Part shown: in pieces, positions 1 to 12,370 of the stretch | How the letters are laid out: every line of letters begins with the position of its first letter | Numbering within the stretch: the first letter of the stretch is position 1 | Source: Nemertoderma westbladi | Lineage: Eukaryota; Animalia; Xenacoelomorpha | Direction of reading: 5' to 3' | Assembly: GCA_032718475.1 (NCBI GenBank) | Contig: JAUCBJ010007004.1 | Location: 1 to 64,000, forward strand | Length of the DNA stretch: 64,000 nt | Program-made: the position numbers and the translations under genes | The notes under the pieces: generated by a model | Seen by the model: the letters and a program-made list of their open reading frames with translations, nothing else | Databases searched by the model: none | What the model was told of the DNA's origin: nothing

Positions 1-19
1 ATTGGTAACCTTCCGTTAG

Positions 20-80
20 GAGTATTGGATCTACTGCTGCTCTAAATAATCGAATCTTAATATTCCGATGTATTCTGTCC
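20..80 (-). mobile_element. Short diverged fragment of an RTE-group LINE related to family A
   Basis: ctactgctgctctaaataatcg.a.cttaa at about 31-60 matches the family A RT sequence at about 6761-6790 and 42862-42890. Confidence 0.45.
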
Positions 81-377
81 AGACTGCCAGAGGCCTGGCT
101 ATAGGGGAGGGGTGCCGTGCACCTTGGCGCCAACCAAAGACGGCGCCAAAATAGTTTTTTTTTGCGTTTAAAAATCTACTCAAAAGTTTGGTTTGTGTGG
201 TGATATTACCGGTACACATAACGAACGAATGGTACTGTAATTTCAAATCTAATTTGGAATTTTTGATAATAATTTAAATATTAATTTAATCTTCTTATGC
301 AAAATCTGTTACCAACTAGACCCTAAAAATCTGAGGGCTTCTAAAACCAACCCATAAGGAAATAATAACCAGAAACT

Positions 378-608
378 GGGTTGGGTACTGGAGGGGAGGG
401 GGGGGGTAAAAGTTCGTATATCCCTGGGTATACTGGAGGGGAGGGGGGTGTTTAAAAGTTCGTATATCCCTGGGTACTGGAGGGGAAGGGGTTAAAAGTT
501 CGTATATCCCTGGGTACTGGAGGGGAGGGGGGTTAAAAGTTTGTATATCCCTGGGTACTGGAGGGGATGGGGGGGGGGGGTTAAAAGTTCGTATATCCCT
601 GGGTACTG
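378..608. repeat. Minisatellite, about 41-47 bp unit (AAAAGTTCGTATATCCCTGGGTACTGGAGGGG+polyG), about 5 copies
   Basis: Direct repeats are visible; they explain the spurious ORF 316-690. Confidence 0.9.
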
Positions 609-1156
609 AGAAGATACGCCAGGATTCCGTGTCACCACTTCGAAAGGAATTTTGTTCCCATGTCAACACTTCGAAAAGCCATGTCGACACATGGCTTTTC
701 TTTGTTTTTTATTTGCTTTTTTTTGTTTGTTAACACAACCAATATTACAAAATAATAAAATAAAATAATAAAAACGAACACCAAGTGTTTTATATTTTTT
801 TGTTACCATTCTGCGTAATTCTATCAATTCTGCCCAAATACTAGACAATGTTGGTTCCTTGAATGGTGTAGAGAATTGTATGTACAGTAGTACATCAGTT
901 TTATATACTGTATAGTGTATATAGATAGTTTATATTATTACCGGTTTGTTGTTAGTTATACTATAGTTTTCTTAGTCTCGTAAGATGCTTACAGTATATT
1001 TTAGGTTTGGAAAGTAAACTTACAATAGGCCTACATATGATGTTTCAATTTGGGAAATTCGTGATGATATATTCGCGGTTAGGAATCCTTCCCAGTATTA
1101 CCGGTAAATGATACTACCGGTATTGGTATTTGTAACTATTCAGCCAATATCGTACT

Positions 1157-4100
1157 ATGCCAGTGTATATAAATGACATTCAGTACTTCCCCGATGGAAA
1201 ACAGTTCGTTTATTGCTCTGGATATGACGTCATCATCTGCGAGTCATCGACATTGGAAGAAAAGATAGTGCTGAACACTCGCGGTGTGTTTTGCCGAAGA
1301 TTGGCGGTTTCTAGCGATGGGAACCGAGTAGCAGGTACTGGTAACGGTGACGTGTTTCTATGGGAAGGTAATCAGTCGGGTGGATACGACCTCGTGGTGA
1401 TTCAGAGTAACGAGTTGCCACATGGGGAGGGCCAAACATTGAGGTGGAGAATTCGGTTCAGTCCAACCGATGCTAATACTGTGGCGACATGCGGAGAAAA
1501 TGGAACAATTTCTATAATTCGCACAAAAGATAGAATATCTAGCTACAGAGTAACAACGTGGCTGGGACATCGTCACGCTGTCCGCGACATTAATTTTGAT
1601 AATAACGGCGTTTACTTGGCATCATCTTCGGACAATGGTGAAATAAAAATCTGGGAACCTAAAACTCAGAAAATGGTTCACCTATTAAACATCCACGACC
1701 AGGTTGTTCACAGTATTATATGGGACAAGGATTCAAGCAAAATTATTTCAGCTGGTCATGATGGTCTAATGTGTTGCGAGGTACCCAGTGGAGAGGTGCT
1801 ATGGCAACAGGCGGTAGACTATCGTCGCTTGGCGTGTAGCTCTGATGGGCGGCTGCTAGTAGCTACACGAGGTACTTGGCTAAATGCTGTCATTTTGGAT
1901 GCCGAGGATGGGAGTATCTTAAAGAAAGTCAGCAGATACAGAAGTGGTATTATCAGCATAGCACTCCACCCAGATAATAAATACTTCTTAATAGGTAACA
2001 CTAAAAGCAATATATCTTTATTATACATAATACGATTCATAAAAAAAAATTAATAATGTACCGGTAAATAAATTACATAAATTACATAAATTGGCTTCCT
2101 CCAAATACACAATGCTATGCAAATAAATTTGCCGCAAAGCAATGGCGCTGGCGCAAGCAACTGCAAATTTTCATTGCATTAAGTTGCGTTGTATATTTTC
2201 GAGAAAGCCGTACATAAATAACTTATTATACATAATTTTTAATTTTCATAAATTTTCGGGAAACTTATTTACCTTATTTTTTATAAGCATTTATAAAAAA
2301 CTTGTGAGAAAATTACACTGCGTTATTGGACATGATGCATTGCATTCTGGTTTATAAAAATCTGTTATATAATTTCACTCATTAATCACTCATTAGTAAT
2401 TTAAGGTATAAATTAATTTACCTTTATATTAAATATAACTATATTAATCAAGATAAATATATCGTGTTTGAGGTAATAATGACATTATCAGTCTTTTCAG
2501 ATCAAATATCAGTATTTTGACTAGTTCCCAAACTATTTATGTTTTTTCGTTTATTATATTTAGGAAACGGTGATGGAACCATAAGGTGCATTGACATATT
2601 CAGCATTGAACAGGAAGTTAAATTTAAAAAAACGATATCTGATTTAACAACCGCGATAGAAAGTGCTACAGAATGGAAAGATATCGCGATATACATGGGA
2701 ACAATTGGACCAATTAAGTCTTTGAATCAAAAGGCAATAGGAAAACTCGTAACCAATGCAGTTGATAGTCTTCCTATTGAACTAAAAGAATTATACCTCA
2801 GTCTAGATATTGAAGAAAATTTGAAATTAGACACTATGTTCCTAGACAAGCGCTGGTTTAAAGACCTACAAAAAACCCAGCTGGCAGTGCAAGAATGCCT
2901 TGAGAAGTGTCTATTGTTTAAAGGAGCGGATGATGTTTACTTAATGCCGTCTCAACTGCAAAAATATATACAACAAATAAATATCCCACTTGAAATCCTA
3001 ACTAGGGGACATAAAGCTTTAGTTGCCTACAAAGTAGCTCTCCAGAGAGGAACCACAACAACTTTCAGGTCTAGATTAATGCTTGTTGGTCAGGAGCGTG
3101 CTGGAAAGACAAGTTTAAAAAAAAGTTTAACTCAACAGAAATTTGATGTAGATGAAGCGATTACTGATGGTATTGATGCCAATACTCATTGCGTGATAAA
3201 TATAGACGATTCCACGGCATGGAACTGGAAAGATAAAGGAGCAGAAATTGGGGAAAATCCAGATGTTGTTGTAGCGAAACAGGCCATAAAGACTTTACTT
3301 CTCCAACAGGACATCATACAGTCTGATGCTCGACATATCGATAGTGTAAATAGAAGATTTCGAGCATCTTCAGATCCAACAGCAGAATTATTATCATCCA
3401 CAAGCTCTAAAAAAAAAGTAACAGCAAAAGAAATAGCACATAGAGCAAAGGCTATCTCAGAAAAAAAAGCGTCAGAAATATTTGTGGAAGAGGATGATAA
3501 AGTGAAAGGAAATATTGCCTCCAAGAAAAAGGAAATAAGACATCCTTCATTAACACTTCCACATACAGTTGTTAATGCCATGCACGATTTGTTGAAAAAG
3601 TTTAAAAGCGCTAAGGATATATTGGCTAAGTTGGATGAAGAAGATAATGAACTATCGGTATGTATTTTTGACTTTGGAGGACAAGCAGTATATTATTCCA
3701 CACATCAAATCTTTCTAAGTCATAGAGCAGCCTATATCGTCGTATTTGACCTTAGCCAAAATATCCATGATACAACTAGAGTAATATTCCGTGCACCAAC
3801 AGGTGAGAATGTGGAATATCTGCAGAGTGAACTTACAAATGTGGAGTTTATTGATTTCTGGTTGTCGAGTATATATGCATTCGGATTCTGTCCTGAACGC
3901 CACACATCCCACAGTCCTCCAATATATATAGTTGGTACTCATAAATCGAAGTTAGATGTTAGTTTCACAAATCAATGCAGATTATCTGATAAAATCTTTA
4001 CTGACATTGAAAATTTTATCCGGGATAGACCTTATACGAACAGCTTGGTGCGAGAATATTATGCTATTGAGAACAATATGGAGTCACGATCACTAGAAGA

Positions 4101-5799
4101 TGATGAGCTTGAAAAACTACGCATTGACATTGTCAATGAAATGTTGCAATTTAAAGAAGATATTCCACTGGACTACCTAAAATTTGAGCAATACATTTGT
4201 GAAATGTTAAATCAGGGAAAAACATACATAAATATCAACGATCTTTTAATTAATCTGAGAGAAATACATATTGATCTTATAGATATTGGTTTGTCAACAA
4301 TGCTCAACTTTTATCACGATATCGGAATGATTGTTTATTTCGATGAGGATGTGTTAAATGATTGGGTCATTTTGAACCCACGATGGTTGATGGATATGTT
4401 TTGTAAAGTCATAACTGTTAAAGATAAAATATTGAAAGCTCATCGTCTCCTATGGAAAGATTTAGACGATAATGGTGTGCTGCATGAGGGTCTAATTAAC
4501 TACATGTGGAACGATGTTATTGATGACAAGATGTTCTTATTAAATATTTTGGAACGCTTTGATTTGTTATGCAAAAGAATCATTCCACCAAGTACACTGT
4601 CTACAGAAAGTTCTACACCCGAGCTCAGCTACTATGTTCCATGTCGTCTAAAACCAAGGGCAACAGAGATGAATCATATTATTATGAAACCTACAGATGT
4701 AGAATTCTATTTTGTTTTTAATGGCTTTCTCCCAGACAGCCTATATCATAAGTTGATGAAAAGGACAATTGAATGGACATACATTGTAGCACCCACGATA
4801 ATATCGCCGAGACTCTACAATAGATGTGCCATCATATATTTGGATGAAGAACACGAGCTCGTCATTGAGAATGAAAGAAGATCTTTGTATCGATTAAAAG
4901 TTCAGATTATTCGTAAAGTTGCGAACCAACCTACTCACCAAGGGATAAATGCTGCATCACCACCAGATCATCAACGTGTTAAATTAATTAAACATTTTCT
5001 AGTGAACACATTGAACGACATAGTTGGTTTGACCAGGATGAAAAATGTTACATATGAAATAAAAATTAAGTGTCTCTGTCCAGCCCACTGCCAATCACAT
5101 AATATAAGTTATTGCAAAAACGGCCAATGCCACCATTTTTTAAAACTCGATGACTGTCTTAAAAGTAAAATAATATCGTGTCAATATCATGGAAGTTGTG
5201 ATGTTACTATTTATCAGAAATGGTTTGGCTTGGTTTGTGAAAACAATTTATCATATTTAGAGAAAGTTAACCAGTGCCAAAATGAACTAACTGACAGACT
5301 AGAACCATTAAAACTCTTAATACACCTGGAAAGTAAGTCCGTATTTACAAAAGAAACGCTTGACTACATCAAATCGAAATGTACAAAGTTACGAATGAGT
5401 AGAGCAATTATTGAAGGAATTAAATGGAGATCTTCTGCTGAATATGCAATATTTCTGGAATGCCTGGCAAGTACCAACCAGGTCCATTTAGTTGATTTGC
5501 TGGAAGGCAATTGTGATGCAAATAAAAACCAATTCCACGATATACTGATAACAAATAAAGTTGAATTAGTTGACAACATTGAACTAGACGACATAGTGTT
5601 GGCTTATCTTGTAAGTCACCATGTCCTGACAACTGATATTGCTGATGACATCAGATCACAGAAAACGAACTTGAGTAAGAAAAGTTACCTTATAGATGTT
5701 ATTATGAAGAGAACTCAGGAGGACTTCTATGTATTTTGTGATTGTTTAAAATATACTGGGCAAGACCATTTGGTGGAATTTATGTTGAACAATCAATAA
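1157..5799 (+). CDS. ROCO protein, WD40 repeats - Roc GTPase - COR - CARD - CARD; exons 1157-1994 and 2564-5799, about 1357 aa
   Basis: The donor G|GTAACA at 1994/1995 and acceptor TTTAG|GA at 2563/2564 are both phase 1. They rebuild a WD40 repeat (HPDNKYFLIG-NGDGTIRCIDI). Roc motifs are GQERAGKTS, TDGID, DFGGQ..YYSTHQIFL and VGTHKSK. COR motifs are FYHDIG.IVYF and VILNPRWL. Two ~85-aa death-fold repeats ending F..CL..T.Q.HL are CARD-like. Further upstream exons are possible (acceptor-like ATTCAG at 1143). Confidence 0.88.
1995..2563 (+). other. Spliceosomal intron (569 nt, phase 1) of the ROCO gene
   Basis: GT...AG ends with a pyrimidine tract; removal joins ORF 1157 and ORF 2539 in frame. 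Confidence 0.85.
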
Positions 5800-6294
5800 T
5801 AGAAAATTAATTTAATTAATTATGTTGTGATTATTTATGTTCATTATTTGATTCCAATTTTATACAATCAAAGACAAAGAAAACAACTTAAGATATATAA
5901 ATATCCTCTTTATTTCGTGCGCAACAAATTTACTAGGTGTCGTACTAAACTACAGTACCAATAGAAACCAAAAGAACCCAAAACACATTAAAGAACCTAA
6001 TCTGTTAAGACCGTTGCGTTAGATTTTGGGCCTCGTAGGACCAAATCTGTTAGCCATTATTATTCTCTCAAGCAGATTCTCTCCCCCTTCTTGCCTTTGA
6101 ATCTATAATCATCCTAACCTGATTGATGGAATACGGACATAATAAGTCGGTAGAATAAGAGAAAGGAGCAGGTTACAGACGAAGGATTTTTCTATCTAAA
6201 AAATATTATTTACAAATTGTCGGAGAGGAGCAGGTGATAGAGGGTGATTTTTCTAACCAAATCAATAAACGATATTCTGCCAATTAATGAAGAA

Positions 6295-7235
6295 CTACTA
6301 CTACTACTAGGATCGGCATGCTGCATTGCAGCTGCATTTTTAAGAATGCTGTGCCGGCTTATCGACAAAATTGCACCGCCACAACTCCCTATCACCCATG
6401 ACATTTGCTAGATCATCTGCATCTTCAAGGCCAGTGTCCTTTAAGATGCGTCTCAAGAAAGTCATGGGCTGTCCACCATGCTTATTCACTCCATGAGGCT
6501 GCCAAAGTACAAGATTATGCACTGGCTGGTCCTCACGGCGAAAGCAATGTCCTGCAAAGCGGAGGCGATTTTGTTCTAGTGTCAAGCTTGGGGGAGCCAA
6601 TGAGACACCTCCAATGTTATATAGTGTCTGGTTGGAGATGTGTGCATTGTACTTGACACAATGAACCCGGCGTAGCATTCTTGTGAATGTGCCATCCAGA
6701 GATTTGGTGTCCTCAGCAGTTAGAGCCCAGCATGGACTCCCGTAGAGGAGTACTGGAACTACTGCTGCTCTAAATAATCGGACCTTAAGTTTCCGATTAA
6801 TTCTCGGTGACTTCCAAATCCTGGAAAGCCTATTCAAGGCTGCCCATGCCTTTCCCTTACGTATTCGAAGGTCCTCACCTGACTTCCGGATCCATGATCC
6901 CAGGTAACAGAAGTCGTCCACATGCTCAAGCATACCATCCTTTGAGCTTATGCTCATCCGATCAGAGACTTGCTGAGGACTTTCAAAGTTAATTGTCAAA
7001 ATTTTGGTCTTTCTGGAGTTAATAAAAAGACCAACACTAGAAGCAGCATGTTCTAATGAGCTGAGGAGCCGTTGGGCTCCCTCTAGTGATTCTGAGAGTA
7101 CTCCTAAGTCATCAGCAAAGTCTAGATCAGTTAGGTACTTGGCAGGATTTCCTCGACTTCTGGAGCCAGTAGGTGGAGTTATCATCACCCCATCATCATT
7201 ATGATGATCTAAGGACATGCGTAGAACGAAGAACG
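6295..7235 (-). mobile_element. 5'-truncated RTE/RTEX-like LINE (family A), RT C-terminus, (TAG)n tail
   Basis: RT motifs DLDFADD and FCYLGS; near-identical to 42471-43333; 13-bp TSD AATTAATGAAGAA at 6282-6294 and 7236-7248. Confidence 0.9.
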
Positions 7236-8748
7236 AATTAATGAAGAAGGGCAGATTACATGAGTTGATATTTTCATATAAACGTTGCCAAACCATGGCA
7301 CCAGATAGCAGACGTATAGGATTTAAGTATTATGGGCGTATGAGCTGCATATGTATAGTATGTGTATTGTATAATTTAAGTATGTGGAGCGAGCCACGAA
7401 GTTGGCGAAGCGTTATCGAACTGAACTGACACTGTTCAACAGTCTCCCACTAGATTCCCCCATTATTTTGCTTTAATCCGTTCCAGTTGAAAAACTTTGC
7501 AGATATATACTAGGCCCTACAGTACACCTTAGATGCCTTACAAAGGAGGATATTCCATTTTCAGTTCTCCAGAATGCCGTTAGGGGGCGTAATATTTGAG
7601 TCTCATTTTGTTATATAGTCCATACGAGCTGTCAGATAATATTTACTACAGTACAGTAGACCACACTTCGGCTGTTTCTAGATTTGTAATAAGTGTGACT
7701 TTTAGGTCCATTTGTTTGTTTATTTTGGACTATATATAATTATTATTGATATTTTTACTACTGTACAATTTGGCGTAAATAACAAAATTACGAGGGCTAC
7801 TTACTTTGTCTCCTAACGGATCCAAAGTCACCCTCGCCCTGTTTCGGAAAATAAAGTCCGTAAATATACAAGTCGGCTGAGGGAGATAAAGCTGAAAGTG
7901 ATTGTACAGTAATATTCAAGGGGATTTTGTAGCGGGAAAAGCCAGGCTTCGGCACGCGAGACTATTATATTAATTATAAGCCGTCTGGAAGCTTGCCACG
8001 CTGAGGGCGTGAGGAATCGTTTACAGAAAACGAAGACAAGAAAAGGAAGTGATCTGTGCAGTTTTCCATTCTGCCGCTAGAGTGCGAAATGTCCAAAAGT
8101 GAAAACCTTCCACCGTTTCCTTGATTTTAATCAGTTTAAGTTGAGATTTTGCATATACAGTAGTAGTATAAGGAGAACTATCTTCTTATACTACTTACAG
8201 TGCAGTACTGCATGTACGAGAAAACTGGCTGTTTCTTTGTGGAACGGTTCTCCACCTACACCTCTATATTTGCCGCTAGAAGTGGAAATATCTGAAGGTG
8301 ATAACGCTCTCTCGTTTATTAATTTATTATCATGCTAGACAGTAGACCATCCATTTGTTGGGACGGTAATCCATCAGCAATTCTCCAGTCTACAGCAAGA
8401 GGGCTGAAATTGAAACATTTCAGAAATGCCTAAAATAAAATCTAAGAGCCATTTCGCAATATTGTTTCCGTTCTTTCTGATTAATACTGGACGTACCAGG
8501 CACATATTCCAACCCCAATAGTTTATGTGAGGAAAAAAGCAGTCTGCAGTTAACCAGTCTGTCACTAGGAGGTAAGAGTGATTAGAGGACATTTGCTTAT
8601 ATTTTGCTATAATTTATAACATTAGACACATAACATATGTTTATATCACGTGCTGTGCGAATACCTCATTTCGTGTAGGCCTACTAATTCATATGTTTTA
8701 CGTTTTAAGTTTTTAAAAAGAAATCCGCTAAGAAACCTAATTAATTGA

Positions 8749-9200
8749 CTACTACTACTACTAGGTCTAGGTCGAGCGAACTCGGACAATGGAAATGAGA
8801 TCCTTCCAGGCTTCCCGATTCTCCATAGTTGTCGCAATTTCGTTTCTCCCAAGTTCAGTATCCCTTTCAAGTTGATCTATATATGTTATGGCCGGTCGTC
8901 CACGACTACGCTTTCCATGAGTTGGTTGCCAGAGAAGTAGATCTGGTATGACCTCGTCTTTACTTCGCTAGCAGTGCCCACTGAATCTTAATCTGCGTTC
9001 ACGGAGGGTGGTTGATACAGGCGGTATTGTACCATAAAGCTCGGCTTTTATCATGTGTTGTCTCCAGCTGATGTTTAGGGCTGCCCTTAGTAGTCTTGTG
9101 TAGCAACCATCAATTCGGTGTTCAAGTGATTTAGTCAGTGTCCAGGTCTCACCCCCGTATAAAAATACACTTTCAACTGTGGCTGACTGATTTCAAGATG
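8749..9200 (-). mobile_element. 3' fragment of RTE/RTEX-like LINE (family B)
   Basis: (CTA)n tail on +; matches 40551-40905 and the reverse complement of about 48290-48765. Confidence 0.85.
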
Positions 9201-11291
9201 GTATTCCAAGGCCATTTGTGCAGAGGATTAAATCCTGAGCACTCCCAACTTACCGACTTACAGGTCGGCCAAAAAACGTTTTCACAAAAAAAATCAGTGT
9301 TCAGTCCAAACGTTCTAGAACAGTGGGGCAGATAATTTTTCTTTGAGCACCGCGTGATAAATCACCGACACTCAAAGTGAAATTGCACCAAATATGCACA
9401 CCACCCAACCCCAATTATCTGTGTCACGCAAAACTTAGCTTATTAGCAACAACCTAAGAGAACTTCACCGACTCCTGAAGGAGAGGTGTGAAAACACTTC
9501 ATGAAGACACAAAGATGTAGGTTTTCACGTTAAAGCAGATTGTACTGTACTCCTGCTTGGGGGGAAAAAGAGAGACGCAATTATTAGTTGTGGTCATATA
9601 AAGTAGTCACTAGTTACTTTATTAGATTATGAAATAATAAAAAAATTTCAATAAGAATAATTCCCAACGATTATCTTAAAAAAAATTATTATATTTTTCT
9701 GTAAGATCAGATAAATGACACGTTCGGTGTGCGTGGTTTTTCACCACTTTATCTGGAATCTGCGCGTTTTCCAAACCTGGTTTTAAAGGAAAGACAGCCG
9801 CTCGAAACTGCCTAGGAATCGAGCAGCCCTATAAGGTAAGGGTTTTATTTTTTCGAGGGTACGAAAGCTTGCGGTGGTGGATTTGCCTGAAATCCCAGCA
9901 ACAGAGGCAATCAGACGAAAAAATCCCAGGATAACGTTAATATTTAGTGGGATAGGGATGGCAATACAGGGCTAGGTATTTATACCAGTATTATCTCTGG
10001 GCCTAACTCACCAAACCTTTCCTTCCAATAGAGGTAGCGGACCTCGTGTGTGTGGGGTGCGAGCTGATGCAGACCTCTGGTTTTGGGTAACAGAGGTGAT
10101 CAATCCCTGGGAACTTCTTCTGTCGGTAGATGTGTCAGTCTCTTTCTTTTAATATAGATTCGTAGTCACCTGTAACTTTTCCTGCCTACGAAATTACACT
10201 CAGACTTAGTAACCGAGTATTTTGCATTTGATATTCAAATAACTTTTTCAGCAGCGCTACCCATGGCCGTGAGGGCTGCCACGAGCCTATTATAGTTATA
10301 CAAATTTTTGTATAATAAATTTAGTACCGTACACCGGTAGTGTAGGCCTCTCAGGGGGACCTACACGTGGGCCAAAAAAAACCACAAACAATAAAAGAAA
10401 TTTGTCGAGCGCTCTGGCGGGGAGCGCAAACAAGTTTATTACTGTAATGGATTTCTCGTGCTCCTTAGCACGATAAGCTCCTAAAACGGCTTTGAATCTC
10501 AAAAAAGTTCCAGGTAGTGCTCTACTTTCGCTTAGTGTTTTGGTTTTCCGGCTAACATAAATATTTCCACTTTAACACGGTCCTTCATTGACTTGTTATT
10601 TACGGACATCCACAACTTTTCAATATAGTACAATAAGACAGTGATTTTCTATTCTTCCAAAATGATACTGTATATTGCTTCCTTCTAAATAAATGAAATG
10701 GCTTACTGTAACACTGTAGAAAAACCTCTGGGATGAAGAAAAAGATAGAAACCGGGTGAGGGCTGCTTATGGTCCGTTAGGATCCAAAGTATAGCCTCTA
10801 AATATTCCAAACGGCAGAGAAAATATACCGTATTTTTAGCCGTTTTGTTTTGCTAAAAATACACCGGAAAAAATATACAAATAAAGGGAAAAAGTCTAAC
10901 AATAATCAATTGTTTTGAAAAACGTCTTAATAAATCGTGAAAAAGTCATGGGCTAATAAAGTCGTAGAACGTCTTAAAAAGCAATGGGACGTCGTAATAA
11001 ACTTGGTGCAGCTTCACGCTATTGGAACTTGGCGATAGTACAGAACACCAGGTTACCGTCTGAGTCCAAACAGGGGTGGTACCGATTGGACTTAAAAGGT
11101 TAGCTGCAATTTGTTCTCAGACCATAGAGGTTTATTTGGGCGAACCACAAATAAACGTATAGTCTGCGGACAGTGCACCAGCACTACCGTGGGCAGGAGA
11201 GCCGAGCCAGTGGAGATGCTGCCACTTTTGCCTGGTAGGCAATAGCGAGCACACAAGCGCTCCGGGCTGTCTAGCCAATGTGCTCAGACCA

Positions 11292-11490
11292 ACGGCGGAA
11301 CCGTCTTACGTTACTGGCGACCGCAAAGCCTTTCGCAGGCCCGATCCAGCAACAAAGAGGGTCCCAACTTTGGACCAGAGGTGGCTTAGGCTAAGATAGT
11401 ACAGCCGTCCGACGGCGGAATCGTCTTAAGTTACTGGCGACCGCAAAGCCTTTCTCAGGCCCGATCCAGCAACAAAGACGGCCCCAACTC
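11292..11490. repeat. Two ~120-bp GC-rich direct repeats inside the solo-LTR-like element
   Basis: acggcggaa.cgtctta.gttactggcgaccgcaaagccttt...gatccagcaacaaaga occurs twice. Confidence 0.85.
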
Positions 11491-11686
11491 GGAACAGAGC
11501 TGACTTCTAGGCCAGGGACCTCTGCTGTACTGAGGAGCTGGGCTCAACAATTATGCCCGAGGCAGAGTAAAAACTCTGAAGTTATAACCCGGTGCGCCCC
11601 TATTTATAGCTTGCTGTGGGGTCAATATGGGGTTGACCCCTAATTATCACCCCTGCGCGCGGGTGGACTTTCTGGGCGGAGACTTT

Positions 11687-11857
11687 ACGTTCGAACAATA
11701 TTAGATATAATTACTCAATATAATAGACCAATTAATATTGGTGCACGTTCGAACAATATTAGATATAATTACTCAATATAATAGACCAATTAATATTGGT
11801 GCACGTTCGAACAATATTAGATATAATTACTCAATAATATAGACCAATTAATATTGG
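11687..11857. repeat. 58-bp tandem repeat x3
   Basis: acgttcgaacaatattagatataattactcaatataatagaccaattaatattgg occurs three times. Confidence 0.9.
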
Positions 11858-12254
11858 AGCCTGGATAGAGTTTAGAAGGTGACTTGTCAATCACTTCCTA
11901 CTGCTATTGGATGGCGGCCATAGGCTGCGTGCTGGGGGCCGGTGTAAGGGAAGGGATGTATTGGATAACAATGGACACTGGATAGTGCATTGGATGGAGT
12001 GTATTGGGCGTATTAGGCAATACTTGACACGCCCGCCACGACTAAGAATGTCTGGGTTGGGGCAATAAATCGTAATGTGAGATATGGGATAATATTCTGA
12101 GAAGAATATTTTGATGACTATTTTCGGGATGAATATTACGACTGAATAAGGGAAGGGGGAATAATTATATTATAATTATTTCGTTTTTAAAATCAGAGTC
12201 CTGAGGAAGTGTATTTTGTATGTTTGCCTACGGAGGCGCGAAAAATCGATTACA

Positions 12255-12370
12255 CCACTGTAACCTGCTCCTTTCCCTAAATTGAGAATTTAACATTGAG
12301 GCGGGATATTAATTCGCCAAGGCGGGTTTTGCGTCGAGTTCCCCCCCCCCCCCCCCCCCCCCCCTGTCTC
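12255..12370. repeat. Dispersed repeat with a poly-C tract; inverted copy at about 52850-52970
   Basis: ctaaattgagaatttaacattgaggcgggatattaattcgccaaggcgggtttt is present as a reverse complement near 52870-52935. Confidence 0.75.

Larger units (their letters stand above)
10707..12254 (-). mobile_element. Solo-LTR-like repeat (TGTAA...TTACA, about 1.55 kb)
   Basis: Termini are TG..CA with a 5-bp inverted repeat. A CTATAAATAG TATA box lies on - at about 11600. A shorter homolog at 57504-58244 shares both ends. No TSD seen. Confidence 0.5.

Noticed and set aside
3186-5632. Antisense ORFs over the ROCO gene (and similar ones over pol, ORF3 and XDH)
   Set aside because: They are short shadow frames with no recognisable motifs.
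9205-10700. Complex non-coding stretch, possibly DNA-transposon internal sequence
   Set aside because: No termini, TSD, second copy or convincing ORF was found in the window.
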